A stretch of DNA of 64,000 nt from Eledone cirrhosa (Eukaryota). Location: contig OZ024744.1 of the NCBI GenBank assembly GCA_964016885.1, positions 17,422,001 to 17,486,000 on the forward strand, written 5' to 3'. Positions 15,801-31,969 of the stretch are shown here, piece by piece. Every line of letters begins with the position of its first letter. Within the stretch, counting starts at the first letter, position 1. The notes beneath the pieces are model-generated. The model made no database searches, was not told the origin of the DNA, and saw nothing but the letters and a program-made list of their open reading frames with translations. A program made the translations under genes and the position numbers.

Positions 15801-17880
15801 CTCTACACCATCAGACATTGACGACAGGTTAATACTCATTGCTGACTTGTACACCATCAGGTATTGACGGCAGGTTGATAATCATTTCTGACCTGTACAC
15901 CATCAGACATTGACGGCAGGTTGATACTCATTGCCGACCTGTACACCATCAGATATTGACGACATGTTGATACTCATTGCTGACCTGTACACCATCAGAC
16001 ATTGACGGCAGTTTGATACTCATTGCTGACCTGTACATCATCAGTTATATGACGACAAGTTGATACTCATTGCTGACCTGTACACCATCAGATATTGACA
16101 GCAGGTTGATACTCATTGCTGACTTGTACACCATCAGACATTGACGACAGGTTGATACTCATTGCTGACCTGTACACCATCAGACATTGACGGCAGGTTG
16201 ATACTCATTGCTGACCTGTACACCATCAGACATTGACGGTAGGTTTATACTCATTGCTGACCTGTACACCATCAGACATTGACGACAGGTTGATACTCAT
16301 TGCTGACCTGTACACCATCGGATACTGACGACAGGTTGATACTCATTGCTGATCTGTACACCATCAGACATTGACGGCAGGTTGATACACATTGCTGACC
16401 TGTACACCATCAGATACTGACGGCAGGTTGATACTCATTGCTGCCCTGTACACCATCAGACATTGACGACAGGTTGATACTCATTGCTGACCTGTACACC
16501 ACCAGACATTGACGACAGGTTGATACTCATTGCTGACCTGTACACCATCAGACATTGACGCTAGGTTGATACTCATTGCTGACCTGTACACCATCAGGTA
16601 TTGACGGCAGGTTGATACTCATTTCTGACCTGTACACCATTAGACATTGACGGCAGGTTGATACTCATTGCTGACCTGTACACCATCAGACATTGACGAC
16701 ATGTTGATACTCATTACTGACCTGTACACCATCAGACATTGACGGCAGGTTGATACTCATTGCTTACCTGTACACCATCAGATATTGACGACATGTTGAT
16801 ACTCATTGCTGACCTGTACACCATCAGACATTGACGGCAGGTTGATACACATTGCTGACCTGTACGCCATCAGATACTGACGACAGGTTGATACTCATTG
16901 CTGACCTGTACACCGTCAGACATTGACGGTTGGTTGATACTCATTGCTGACCTGTACACCATCAGACATTGATGGTAGGTTGATACTCATTGCTGACCTG
17001 TACACCATCAGATACTGACGACAGGTTGATACTCATTGCTGACCTGTAACACCATCAGACACTGACGGCAGGTTTATACTCATTGCTGACTTGTACACCA
17101 TCAGACACTGACGGCAGGTTGATACTCATTGCTGACCTGTACACCATCAGGTATTGACGACAGGTTGATACTCATTGCTGACCTGTTGACCATCAGACAT
17201 TGACGGCAGGTTGATACTCATTGCTTACCTGTACACCATCAGATACTGACGACAGGTTGATACTCATTGCTGACCTGTACAACATCAGATACTGACGACA
17301 GGTTGATACTCGTTGCTGACCTGTACACCATCAGGTATTGACGACAGGTTGGTACTCATTGTTGACCTGTACACCATCAGATACTGACGACAAGTTGATA
17401 CTCATTGCTGACCTGTACACCATCAGGTATTGACGACAGGTTGATAGCATTGCTAACCTGTACACCATCAGACATTGACGACAGGTTGATACTCATTGCT
17501 GACCTGTACACCATCAGACATTGACAGCAGGTTGATACACATTGCTGACCTGTACACCGTCATACATTGACGACGGGTTGATACTCATTGCTGACCTCTA
17601 CACCATCAGACATTGACGACAGGTTAATACTCATTGCTGACTTGTACACCATCAGGTATTGACGGCAGGTTGATACTCATTACTGACCTGTACACCATCA
17701 GTTATTGACGACAAGTTGATACTCATTGCTGACCTGTACACCATCAGATATTGACAGCAGGTTGATACTCATTGCTGACTTGTACACCATCAGACATTGA
17801 CGACAGGTTGATACTCATTGCTGACCTGTACACCATCAGACATTGACGGCAGGTTGATACTCATTGCTGACCTGTACACC
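12875..17880. repeat. Imperfect tandem duplication of 2622-2668 bp (57-58 monomers)
   Basis: GATAATCATTTC at 13255/15877 (offset 2622). CGCTAGG at 13891/16559, the TGTAAC insertion at 14380/17048 and GATAGC at 14775/17443 (offset 2668, after one extra monomer near 16500). Confidence 0.88.
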
Positions 17881-19849
17881 ATCAGTTATTGACGACAGGT
17901 TGATACTCATTGCTGACCTGTACACCATCAGACATTGACGGCAGGTTGATACTCATTGCAGACCTGTACACCATCAGACATTGACGGTAGGTTGATACGC
18001 ATTGCTGACTTGTACACCATCAGATACTGACGGCAGGTTGATACTCATTGCTGACCTGTACACCATCAGACATTGAAGGCAGGTTGATACTCATTGCTGA
18101 CCTGTACACCATCAGACATTGACGACAGGTTGATACTCATTGCTGACCTGTACACCATCAGATACTGACGACAGGTTGATACTCATTGCTGACTTGTACA
18201 CCATCAGATACTGACGGCAGGTTGATACTCATTGCTGACCTGTACACCATCAGACATTGACGGCAGGTTGATACTCATTGCTGACATGTACACCATCAGA
18301 CATTGACGACAGGTTGATACTCATTGCTGACCTGTACACCATCAGATACTGACGACAGGTTGATACTCATTGCTGACCTGTACAACATCAGATACTGACG
18401 ACAGGTTGATACTCGTTGCTGACCTGTACACCATCAGGTATTGACGACAGGTTGGTACTCATTGTTGACCTGTACACCATCAGATACTGACGACAAGTTG
18501 ATACTCATTGCTGACCTGTACACCATCAGATATTGACGACAGGTTGGTTCTCATTGATGACCTGTACACCATCAGATACTGACGAAAGGTTGATACTCAT
18601 TGCTGACCTGTACACCATCAGGAATTGACGACAGGTTGATAAACATTGCTGACCTGTACACCATCAGACATTGACCACAGGTAGGTATTCATTGCTGACC
18701 TGTACAGCATCAGATACTGACGACAGGTTGATACTCATTGCTGCCCTGTACACCATCAAGTATTGACGGCAGGTTGATACTCATTGCTGACCTGTACACC
18801 ATCAGACATTGACGGCAGGTTGGTACTCATTGCTGACCTATACACCATCAGACACTGACGGCAGGTTGATATTCATTGCTGACCTGTACACCATCAGATA
18901 CTGAGGACAGGTTGATACTCATTGCTGACCTGTACACCATCAGACATTGATGACAGGTTGATACTCATTGCTGACCTGTACACCATCAGACATTGACGAC
19001 AGGTTGATACTCATTGCTGACCTGTACACCATCAGGTATTGACAGCAGGTTGATACTCATTGCTGACCTGTACACCATCAGACATTGACGGCAGGTTGAT
19101 ACTCATTGCTGACCTGTACACCATCAGGTATTGACGACAGGTTGATACTCATTGCTGACCTGTACACCATCAGACATTGATGACAGGTTGGTACTCATTG
19201 CTGACCTGTACACCATCAGATACTGACGACAGGTTGATACTCATTGCTGACCTGTACACAATCAAGTATTGACGGCAGGTTGATACTCATTGCTGACCTG
19301 TACACCATCAGACATTGACGACAGGTTAATACTCATTGCTGACCTGTACACCATCAGACATTGACGAGAGTTTGATACTCATTGCTGACATGTACACCAC
19401 CAGACATTGACGGCAGGTTGATACTCTTTGCTGACCTGTACACCATCAGATACTGACGATCGTTTGATAATCATTGCTGGCCTGTACACCATCAGGTATT
19501 GACGACAGGTTGATACACATTGCTGACCTGTACACCATCAGACATTGACGGCAGGTTGATACTCATTGCTGACCTGTACACCATCAGTTATTGACGACAG
19601 GTTGATACTCATTGCTGACCTGTAAACCATCAGATTTTTAACGACGGGTTGATACTCATTGCTGACCTCTACACCATCAGACATTGACGACAGGTTAATA
19701 CTCATTTCTGACTTGTACACCATCATGTATTGACGGCAGGTTGATACTCATTACTGACCTGTACACCATCAGACATTGACGGCAGGTTGATACTCATTGC
19801 TGACCTGTACACCATCAGTTATTGACGACAGGTTGATACTCATTGCTGA

Positions 19850-22800
19850 CCTGTACACCATCAGACATTGACGGCAGGTTGATACTCATTGCAGACCTGT
19901 ACACCATCAGACATTGACGGTAGGTTGATACGCATTGCTGACTTGTACACCATCAGATACTGACGGCAGGTTGATACTCATTGCTGACCTGTACACCATC
20001 AGACATTGAAGGCAGGTTGATACTCATTGCTGACCTGTACACCATCAGACATTGACGACAGGTTGATACTCATTGCTGACCTGTACACCATCAGATACTG
20101 ACGACAGGTTGATACTCATTGCTGAACTGTACACCATCAGACATTGACGGCAGGTTAATTCTCATTGCTGACCTGTACACCATCAGGTATTGACAGCAGG
20201 TTGATACTCATTTCTGACCTGTACACCATCAGACATTGACGACAGGTTAAAACTCATTGCTGACCTGTACACCACCAGACATTGACGACAGGTTGATACT
20301 CATCGCTGACCTGTACACCATCAGACATTGACGGCAGGTTGATACTCATTGCTGACCTGTACACCATCAGATATTGACGACATGTTGATACTCATTGCTG
20401 ACCTGTACACCATCAGACATTGACGGCAGGTTGATACTCATTGCTGACCTGTACACCATCAGATATTGACGACATGTTGATACTCATTGCTGACCTGTAC
20501 ACCATCAGACATTGACGGCAGGTTGATACACATTGCTGACCTGTAGGCCATCAGATACTGACGACAGGTTGATACTCATTGCTGACCTGTACACCATCAG
20601 ACACTGACGGCAGGTTGATACTCATTGCTGACCTGTACACCATCAGACATTGACGGCAGGTTGATACTCATTGCTGACCTGTACACCATCAGTTATTTAC
20701 GACAAGTTGATACTCATTGTTGACCTGTACACCATCAGACATTGATGACAGGTTGATACTCATTGCTGGCCTGTACACAATCAGAACTTGACGGCATGTT
20801 GATACTCATTGCTGACATGTACACCATCAGACATTGACGACAGGTTCATACTCATTGCTGACCTGTACACCTTCAGATACTGACGACAGGTTGATACACA
20901 TTGCTGACCTGTACACCATCAGACACTGACGGCAGGTTGATACTCATTGCTGACCTGTAAACCATCAGGTATTGACGCCAGGTTGATACTCATTGCTGAC
21001 CTGTACACCATCAGACATTGACGGCAGGTTGATACTCATTGCTGACCTGTAAACCATCAGATACTGACGACAGGTTGATACTCATTGCTGACCTGTACAC
21101 CATCAGATACTGACGACAGGTTGATACTCATTGCTGACCTGTACACCATCAGGTATTGACGACAGGTTGGTACTCATTGTTGACCTGTACACCATCAGAT
21201 ACTGACGACAAGTGGATACTCATTGCTGACCTGTACACCATCAGATATTGACGACAGGTTGGTACTCATTGATGACCTGTACACCATCAGATACTGACGA
21301 AAGGTTGATACTCATTGCTGACCTGTACACAATCAGGTATTGACGACAGGTTGATACACATTGCTGACCTGTACACCATCAGACATTGACCACAGGTTGG
21401 TATTCATTGCTGACCTGTACAGCATCAGATACTGACGACAGGTTGATACTCATTGCTGCCCTGTACACCATCAAGTATTGACGGCAGGTTGATACTCATT
21501 GCTGACCTGTACACCATCAGACATTGACGGCAGGTTGGTACTCATTGCTGACCTATACACCATCAGACACTGACGGCAGGTTGATACTCATTGCTGACCT
21601 GTACACCATCAGATACTGACGACAGGTTGATACTCATTGCTGACCTGTACACCATCAGACATTGATGACAGGTTGATACTCATTGCTGACCTGTACACCA
21701 TCAGACATTGACGACAGGTTGATACTCATTGCTGACCTGTACACCATCAGACATTGACGACAGGTTGATACTCATTGCTGACCTGTACACCATCAGGTAT
21801 TGACAGCAGGTTGATACTCATTGCTGACCTGTACACCATCAGACATTGACGGCAGGTTGATACTCATTGCTGACCTGTACACCATCAGACATTGACGGCA
21901 GGTTGATACTCATTGCAGACCTGTACACCATCAGACATTGACGGTAGGTTGATACGCATTGCTGACTTGTACACCATCAGATACTGACGGCAGGTTGATA
22001 CTCATTGCTGACCTGTACACCATCAGACATTGAAGGCAGGTTGATACTCATTGCTGACCTGTACACCATCAGACATTGACGACAGGTTGATACTCATTGC
22101 TGACCTGTACACCATCAGATACTGACGACAGGTTGATACTCATTTCTGACCTGTACACCATCAGACATTGACGACAGGTTAATACTCATTGCTGACCTGT
22201 ACACCACCAGATATTGACGGCAGGTTGATACTCATTGCTGACCTGTACACCATCAGACATTGACGGCAGGTTGATACTCATTGCTGACCTGTACACCATC
22301 AGATATTGACGACATGTTGATACTCATTGCTGACCTGTACACCATCAGACATTGACGGCAGGTTGATACTCATTGCTGACCTGTACACCATCAGATATTG
22401 ACGACATGTTGATACTCATTGCTGACCTGTACACCATCAGACATTGACGGCAGGTTGATACACATTGCTGACCTGTAGGCCATCAGATACAGACGACAGG
22501 TTGATACTCATTGCTGACCTGTACACCATCAGACACTGACGGCAGGTTGATACTCATTGCTGACCTGTACACCATCAGACATTGACGGCAGGTTGATACT
22601 CATTGCTGACCTGTACACCATCAGTTATTTACGACAAGTTGATACTCATTGTTGACCTGTACACCATCAGACATTGATGACAGGTTGATACTCATTGCTG
22701 GCCTGTACACAATCAGAACTTGACGGCATGTTGATACTCATTGCTGACATGTACACCATCAGACATTGACGACAGGTTCATACTCATTGCTGACCTGTAC

Positions 22801-24000
22801 ACCTTCAGATACTGACGACAGGTTGATACACATTGCTGACCTGTACACCATCAGACACTGACGGCAGGTTGATACTCATTGCTGACCTGTAAACCATCAG
22901 GTATTGACGACAGGTTGATACTCATTGCTGACCTGTACACCATCAGGTATTGACGACAGGTTGATACTCATTGCTGACCTGTAGACCATCAGACATTGAC
23001 GGCAGGTTGATACTCATTGCTGACCTGTAAACCATCAGATACTGACGACAGGTTGATACTCATTGCTGACCTGTACACCATCAGACATTGACGGCAGGTT
23101 GGTACTCATTGTTGACCTGTACACCATCAGATACTGACGACAAGTGGATACTCATTGCTGACCTGTACACCATCAGATATTGACGACAGGTTGATACTCA
23201 TTGCTGACCTGTACACCATCAGATACTGACGACAGGTTGATACTCATTGCTGACCTGTACACCATCAGGTATTGACGACAGGTTGGTACTCATTGTTGAC
23301 CTGTACACCATCAGATACTGACGACAAGTGGATACTCATTGCTGACCTGTACACCATCAGATATTGACGACAGGTTGGTACTCATTGATGACCTGTACAC
23401 CATCAGATACTGACGAAAGGTTGATACTCATTGCTGACCTGTACACAATCAGGTATTGACGACAGGTTGATACACATTGCTGACCTGTACACCATCAGAC
23501 ATTGACCACAGGTTGGTATTCATTGCTGACCTGTACAGCATCAGATACTGACGACAGGTTGATACTCATTGCTGCCCTGTACACCATCAAGTATTGACGG
23601 CAGGTTGATACTCATTGCTGACCTGTACACCATCAGACATTGACGGCAGGTTGGTACTCATTGCTGACCTATACACCATCAGACACTGACGGCAGGTTGA
23701 TACTCATTGCTGACCTGTACACCATCAGATACTGACGACAGGTTGATACTCATTGCTGACCTGTACACCATCAGACATTGATGACAGGTTGATACTCATT
23801 GCTGACCTGTACACCATCAGACATTGACGACAGGTTGATACTCATTGCTGACCTGTACACCATCAGACATTGACGACAGGTTGATACTCATTGCTGACCT
23901 GTACACCATCAGGTATTGACAGCAGCTTGATACTCATTGCTGACCTGTACACCATCAGACATTGACGGCAGGTTGATACTCATTGCTGACCTGTACACCA
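19850..24000. repeat. Imperfect tandem duplication of about 2 kb (42-46 monomers)
   Basis: GCAGACC at 19891/21915 (2024 = 44x46), TGTAGGCC at 20542/22474 (1932 = 42x46), GACCACAGG at 21388/23504 (2116 = 46x46). Confidence 0.85.
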
Positions 24001-25349
24001 TCAGGTATTGACGACAGGTTGATACTCATTGCTGACCTGTACACCATCAGACATTGATGACAGGTTGGTACTCATTGCTGACCTGTACACCATCAGATAC
24101 TGACGACAGGTTGATACTCATTGCTGACCTGTACACCATCAGATACTGACGACAGGTTGATACTCATTGCTGACCTGTACACCATCAGACATTGACGACA
24201 GGTTGATACTCATTGCTGACCTGTACACCATCAGACATTGACGACAGGTTGATACTCATTGCTGACCTGTACACCATCAGGTATTGACAGCAGGTTGATA
24301 CTCATTGCTGACCTGTACACCATCAGACATTGACGGCAGGTTGATACTCATTGCTTACCTGTACACCATCAGGTATTGACGACAGGTTGATACTCATTGC
24401 TGACCTGTACACCATCAGACATTGACGAGAGGTTGGTACACATTGCTGACCTGTACACCATCAGATACTGACGACAGGTTGATACTCATTGCTGACCTGT
24501 ACACAATCAAGTATTGACGGCAGGTTGATACTCATTGCTGACCTGTACACCATCAGACATTGACGGCAGGTTGATACTCATTGCTGACCTGTACACCATC
24601 AGACGTTGACGGCAGGTTTATACTCATTGCTGACCTGTACACCATCAGACATTGACGACAGTTTGATACTCATTGCTGACCTGTACACCACCAGACATTG
24701 ACGGCAGGTTGATACTCATTGCTGACCTGTACACCATCAGACATTGACAGCAGGTTGATACTCATTGCTGACCTGTACACCATCAGACATTGACGGCAGG
24801 TTGATACTCATTGCTGACCTGTACACCATTAGTTATTGACGACAGGTTGGTACTCATTGCTGACTTGTACACCATCAGGTATTGACGGCAGGTTGATACA
24901 CATTGTTGACCTGTAGACCATCAGACATTGACGGCAGGTTGATACACATTGCTGACCTGTACACCATCAGGTATTGACGACAGGTTGATATCATTGCTAA
25001 CCTGTACACCATCAGACATTGACGACAGGTTGATACTCATTGCTGACCTGTACACCATCAGACATTGACAGCAGGTTGATACACATTGCTGACCTGTACA
25101 CCATCATACATTGACGACGGGTTGATACTCATTGCTGACCTGTACACCATCAGATATTGACAGCAGGTTGATACTCATTGCTGACTTGTACACCATCAGA
25201 CATTGACGGCAGGTTGATACTCATTGCTGACCTGTACACCATCAGACATTGACGACAGTTTAATACTCATTGCTGACTTGTACACCATCAGGTATTGACG
25301 GCAGGTTGATACTCATTTCTGACCTGTACACCATCAGACATTGACGGCA

Positions 25350-26197
25350 GGTTGATACTCATTGCTGACTTGTACACCATCAGACATTGACGGCAGGTTG
25401 ATACTCATTGCTGACCTGTACACCATCAGTTATTGACGACAAGTTGATACTCATTGTTGACCTGTACACCATCAGACATTGATGACAGGTTGATACTCAT
25501 TGCTGACCTGTACACCATCAGACATTGACGGCAGGTTGATACTCATTGCTGACCTGTACACCATCAGACATTGACGACAGGTTGATACTCATTGCTGACC
25601 TGTACACCATCAGATACTGACGACAAGTTGATACTCATTGCACACCTGTACACCATCAGGCATTGACGGAAGGTTGATACTATTTGCTGACCTGTAAACC
25701 ATCAGGTATTGACGACAGGTTGATACTAATTGCTGACCTCTACACCATCAGGTATTGACGACAGGTTGATACTCATTGCTGACTTGTACACCATCAGACA
25801 TTGACGGCAGGTTGATACTCATTGCTGACCTGTACACCATCAGTTATTGACGACAAGTTGATACTCATTGTTGACCTGTACACCATCAGACATTGATGAC
25901 AGGTTGATACTCATTGCTGACCTGTACACCATCAGACATTGACGGCAGGTTGATACTCATTGCTGACCTGTACACCATCAGACATTGACGACAGGTTGAT
26001 ACTCATTGCTGACCTGTACACCATCAGATACTGACGACAAGTTGATACTCATTGCACACCTGTACACCATCAGGCATTGACGGAAGGTTGATACTATTTG
26101 CTGACCTGTAAACCATCAGGTATTGACGACAGGTTGATACTAATTGCTGACCTCTACACCATCAGGTATTGACGACAGGTTGATACTCATTGCTGAC
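25350..26197. repeat. Tandem duplication of 414 bp (9 monomers)
   Basis: Private variant CACACCTG at 25641/26055; GATACTATTTG and ACTAATT follow at the same offset. Confidence 0.92.
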
Positions 26198-27979
26198 CTG
26201 TACACCATCAGACATTGACGGCAGGCTGATACTCATTGCTGACCTGTACACCATCAGATACTGACGACAGGTTGATACTCATTGCTGACCTGTACACCAT
26301 CAGATACTGACGACAGGTTGATACTCATTGCTGACCTGTACACCCTCAGGTATTGACGACAGTTTGGTACTCATTGTTGACCTGTACACCATCAGATACT
26401 GACGACAAGTTGATACTCATTGCTGACCTGTACACCATCAGATATTGACGACAGGTTAGTACTCATTGATGACCTGTACACCATCAGATACTGACGACAG
26501 GTTGATACTCATTGCTGACCTGTACACCATCAGGTATTGACGACAGGTTGATACACATTGCTGACCTGTACACCATCAGACATTGACCACAGGTTGGTAT
26601 TCATTGCTGACCTGTACAGCATCAGATACTGACGACAAGTTGATACTCATTGCTGCCCTGTACACCATTAAGTATTGACGGCAGGTTGATACTCATTGCT
26701 GACCTGTACACCATCAGACATTGACGGCAGGTTGGTACTCATTGCTGACCTATGCACCATCAGACACTGACGGCAGGTTGATACTCATTGCTGACCTGTA
26801 CACCATCAGATACTGACGACAGGTTGATACTCATTGCTGAACTGTACACCATCAGACATTGATGACAGGTTGATACTCATTGCTGACCTGTACACCATCA
26901 GACATTGACGACAGGTTGATACTCATTGCTGACCTGTACACCATCAGACATTGACGACAGGTTGATACTCATTGCTGACCTGTACACCATCAGATACTGA
27001 CGACAGGTTGATACTCATTGCTGACCTGTACACCATCAGACACTGACGGCAGGTTGATACTCATTGCTGACCTGTACACCATCAAGTATTGACGGCAGGT
27101 TGATACTCATTGCTGACCTGTACACAATCAGACATTGACGGCAGGTTGATACTCATTGCTGACGTGTACACAATCAAGTATTGACGGCAGGTTGATACTC
27201 ATTGCTGACCTGTACACAATCAGACATTGACGGCAGGTTGATACTCATTGCTGACCTGTACACCATCAGACATTGACGACAGGTTAATACTCATTGCTGA
27301 CCTGTACACCATCAGACATTGACGACAGTTTGATACTCATTGCTGACCTGTACACCACCAGACATTGACGGCAGGTTGATACTCTTTGCTGACCTGTACA
27401 CCATCAGATACTGACGATCGTTTGATAATCATTGCTGGCCTGTACACCATCAGGTATTGCGACAGGTTGGTACTCATTGCTGACTTGTACACCATCAGGT
27501 ATTGACGGCAGGTTGATACACATTGTTGATCTGTACACCATCAGACATTGACGGCAGGTTGATACACATTGCTGACCTGTACACCATCAGGTATTGACGA
27601 CAGTTTGATATCATTGCTAACCTGTACACCATCAGACATTGACGACAGGTTGATACTAATTGCTGACCTGTACACCATCAGACATTGACGGCAGGTTGAT
27701 ACTCATTGCTGACCTGTACACCATCAGACATTGACGGCAGGTTGATACTCATTGCTGACCTGTACACCATCAGATATTGACGACATGTTGATACTCATTG
27801 CTGACCTGTACACCATCAGACATTGACGGCAGGTTGATACTCATTGCTCACCTGTACACCATCAGTTATTGACGACAAGTTGATACTCATTGCTGACCTG
27901 TACACCATCAGATATTGACAGCAGGTTGATACTCATTGCTGACTTGTACACCATCAGACATTGACGGCAGGTTGATACT

Positions 27980-30900
27980 CATTGCTGACCTGTACACCAT
28001 CAGACATTGACGGCAGGTTGATACTCATTGCTGACCTATACACCATCAGATATTGACGACATGTTGATACTCATTGCTGACCTGTACACCACCAGACATT
28101 GACGGCAGGTTGATACTCTTTGCTGACCTGTACACCATCAGATACTGACGATCGTTTGATAATCATTGCTGGCCTGTACACCATCAGGTATTGCGACAGG
28201 TTGGTACTCATTGCTGACTTGTACACCATCAGGTATTGACGGCAGGTTGATACACATTGTTGATCTGTACACCATCAGACATTGACGGCAGGTTGATACA
28301 CATTGCTGACCTGTACACCATCAGGTATTGACGACAGTTTGATATCATTGCTAACCTGTAAACCATCAGACATTGACGACAGGTTGATACTAATTGCTGA
28401 CCTGTACACCATCAGACATTGACGGCAGGTTGATACTCATTGCTGACCTGTACACCATCAGACATTGACGGCAGGTTGATACTCATTGCTGACCTGTACA
28501 CCATCAGATATTGACGACATGTTGATACTCATTGCTGACCTGTACACCATCAGGCATTGACGGCAGGTTGATACACATTGCTGACCTTTACGCCATCAGA
28601 TACTGACGACAGGTTGATACACATTGCTGACCTGTACACCATCAGACATTGACGGCAGGTTGATACTCATTGCTGACCTGTACACCATCAGATACTGACG
28701 ACAGGTTGATACTCATTGCTGACCTGTACACCATCAGACACTGACGGCAGGTTGATACTAATTGCTGACCTGTACACCATCAGACATTGACGGCAGGTTG
28801 ATACTCATTGCTGACCTGTACACCATCAGGTATTGACGGCAGGTTTATACTCATTGCTGACCTGTACACCATCAGATACTGACGACAGGTTGATACTCAT
28901 TGCTGACCTATACACCATCAGATACTGACGATCGTTTGATAATCATTGCTGACCTGTACACCATCAGGTATTGACGACAGGTTGGTACTCATTGCTGACT
29001 TGTACACCATCAGGTATTGACGGCAGGTTGATACACATTGTTGATCTGTACACCATCAGACATTGACGGCAGGTTGATACACATTGCTGACCTGTACACC
29101 ATCAGGTATTGACGACAGTTTGATATCATTGCTAACCTGTACACCATCAGACATTGACAGCAGGTTGATACACATTGCTGACCTGTACACCATCATACAT
29201 TGACGACGGGTTGATACTCATTGCTGACCTGTACGCCATCAGATACTGACGACAGGTTGATACTCATTGCTGACCTGTACTCCATCAGACATTGACGGCA
29301 GGTTGATACTCATTGCTGACCTGTACACCATCAGATACTGACGGCAGCTCGATACTCATTGCTGACCTGTACACCATCAGACATTGACGGCAGGTTGATA
29401 CACATTGCTGACCTGTACACCATCAGACATTGACGGCAGGTTGATACTCGTTGCTGACCTGTACACCATCAGATATTGACGACATGTTGATACTCATTGC
29501 TGACCTGTACACCATCAGGCATTGACGGCAGGTTGATACACATTGCTGACCTGTACGCCATCAGATACTGACGACAGGTTGATACTCATTGCTGACCTGA
29601 AAACCATCAGACATCGACGGCAGGTTGATACTCATTGCTGACCTGTACACCATCAGATACTGACGACAGGTTGATACTCATTGCTGACCCGTACACCATC
29701 AGACACTGACGGCAGGTTGATACTAATTGCTGACCTGTACACCATCAGACATTGACGGCAGGTTGATACTCATTGCTGACCTGTACACCATCAGGTATTG
29801 ACGACAGGTTGATACTCATTGCTGACCTGTACACCATCAGGTATTGACGACAGGTTGATACTCATTGCTGACCTGTAGAGCATCAGACATTGACGGCAGG
29901 TTTATACTCATTGCTGACCTGTACACCATCAGACATTGACGGCAGGTTGATACACATTGCTGACCTGTACACCATCAGACATTGACGGCAGGTTGATACT
30001 CATTGCTGACCTATACACCATCAGATATTGACGACATGTTGATACTCATTGCTGACCTGTACACCACCAGACATTGACGGCAGGTTGATACTCTTTGCTG
30101 ACCTGTACACCATCAGATACTGACGATCGTTTGATAATCATTGCTGGCCTGTACACCATCAGGTATTGCGACAGGTTGGTACTCATTGCTGACTTGTACA
30201 CCATCAGGTATTGACGGCAGGTTGATACACATTGTTGATCTGTACACCATCAGACATTGACGGCAGGTTGATACACATTGCTGACCTGTACACCATCAGG
30301 TATTGACGACAGTTTGATATCATTGCTAACCTGTACACCATCAGACATTGACGACAGGTTGATACTAATTGCTGACCTGTACACCATCAGACATTGACGG
30401 CAGGTTGATACTCATTGCTGACCTGTACACCATCAGACATTGACGGCAGGTTGATACTCATTGCTGACCTGTACACCATCAGATATTGACGACATGTTGA
30501 TACTCATTGCTGACCTGTACACCATCAGGCATTGACGGCAGGTTGATACACATTGCTGACCTTTACGCCATCAGATACTGACGACAGGTTGATACACATT
30601 GCTGACCTGTACACCATCAGACATTGACGGCAGGTTGATACTCATTGCTGACCTGTACACCATCAGATACTGACGACAGGTTGATACTCATTGCTGACCT
30701 GTACACCATCAGACACTGACGGCAGGTTGATACTAATTGCTGACCTGTACACCATCAGACATTGACGGCAGGTTGATACTCATTGCTGACCTGTACACCA
30801 TCAGGTATTGACGGCAGGTTTATACTCATTGCTGACCTGTACACCATCAGATACTGACGACAGGTTGATACTCATTGCTGACCTATACACCATCAGATAC

Positions 30901-31969
30901 TGACGATCGTTTGATAATCATTGCTGACCTGTACACCATCAGGTATTGACGACAGGTTGGTACTCATTGCTGACTTGTACACCATCAGGTATTGACGGCA
31001 GGTTGATACACATTGTTGATCTGTACACCATCAGACATTGACGGCAGGTTGATACACATTGCTGACCTGTACACCATCAGTTATTGACGACAGTTTGATA
31101 TCATTGCTAACCTGTACACCATCAGACATTGACAGCAGGTTGATACACATTGCTTACCTGTACACCATCATACATTGACGACGGGTTGATACTCATTGCT
31201 GACCTGTACGCCATCAGATACTGACGACAGGTTGATACTCATTGCTGACCTGTACTCCATCAGACATTGACGGCAGGTTGATACTCATTGCTGACCTGTA
31301 CACCATCAGATACTGACGGCAGCTCGATACTCATTGCTGACCTGTACACCATCAGACATTGACGGCAGGTTGATACACATTGCTGACCTGTACACCATCA
31401 GACATTGACGGCAGGTTGATACTCGTTGCTGACCTGTACACCATCAGATATTGACGACATGTTGATACTCATTGCTGACCTGTACACCATCAGGCATTGA
31501 CGGCAGGTTGATACACATTGCTGACCTGTACGCCATCAGATACTGACGACAGGTTGATACTCATTGCTGACCTGAAAACCATCAGACATCGACGGCAGGT
31601 TGATACTCATTGCTGACCTGTACACCATCAGATACTGACGACAGGTTGATACTCATTGCTGACCCGTACACCATCAGACACTGACGGCAGGTTGATACTA
31701 ATTGCTGACCTGTACACCATCAGACATTGACGGCAGGTTGATACTCATTGCTGACCTGTACACCATCAGGTATTGACGACAGGTTGATACTCATTGCTGA
31801 CCTGTACACCATCAGGTATTGACGACAGGTTGATACTCATTGCTGACCTGTAGAGCATCAGACATTGACGGCAGGTTTATACTCATTGCTGACCTGTACA
31901 CCATCAGACATTGACGGCAGGTTGATACACATTGCTGACCTGTACACCATCAGACATTGACGGCAGGTT
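27980..31969. repeat. Tandem duplication of 1975 bp (43 monomers -3)
   Basis: TATTGCGAC at 28193/30168, AGCTCGATAC at 29346/31321, TGAAAACC at 29598/31573. The -3 matches three 45-bp monomers per copy. Confidence 0.93.
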
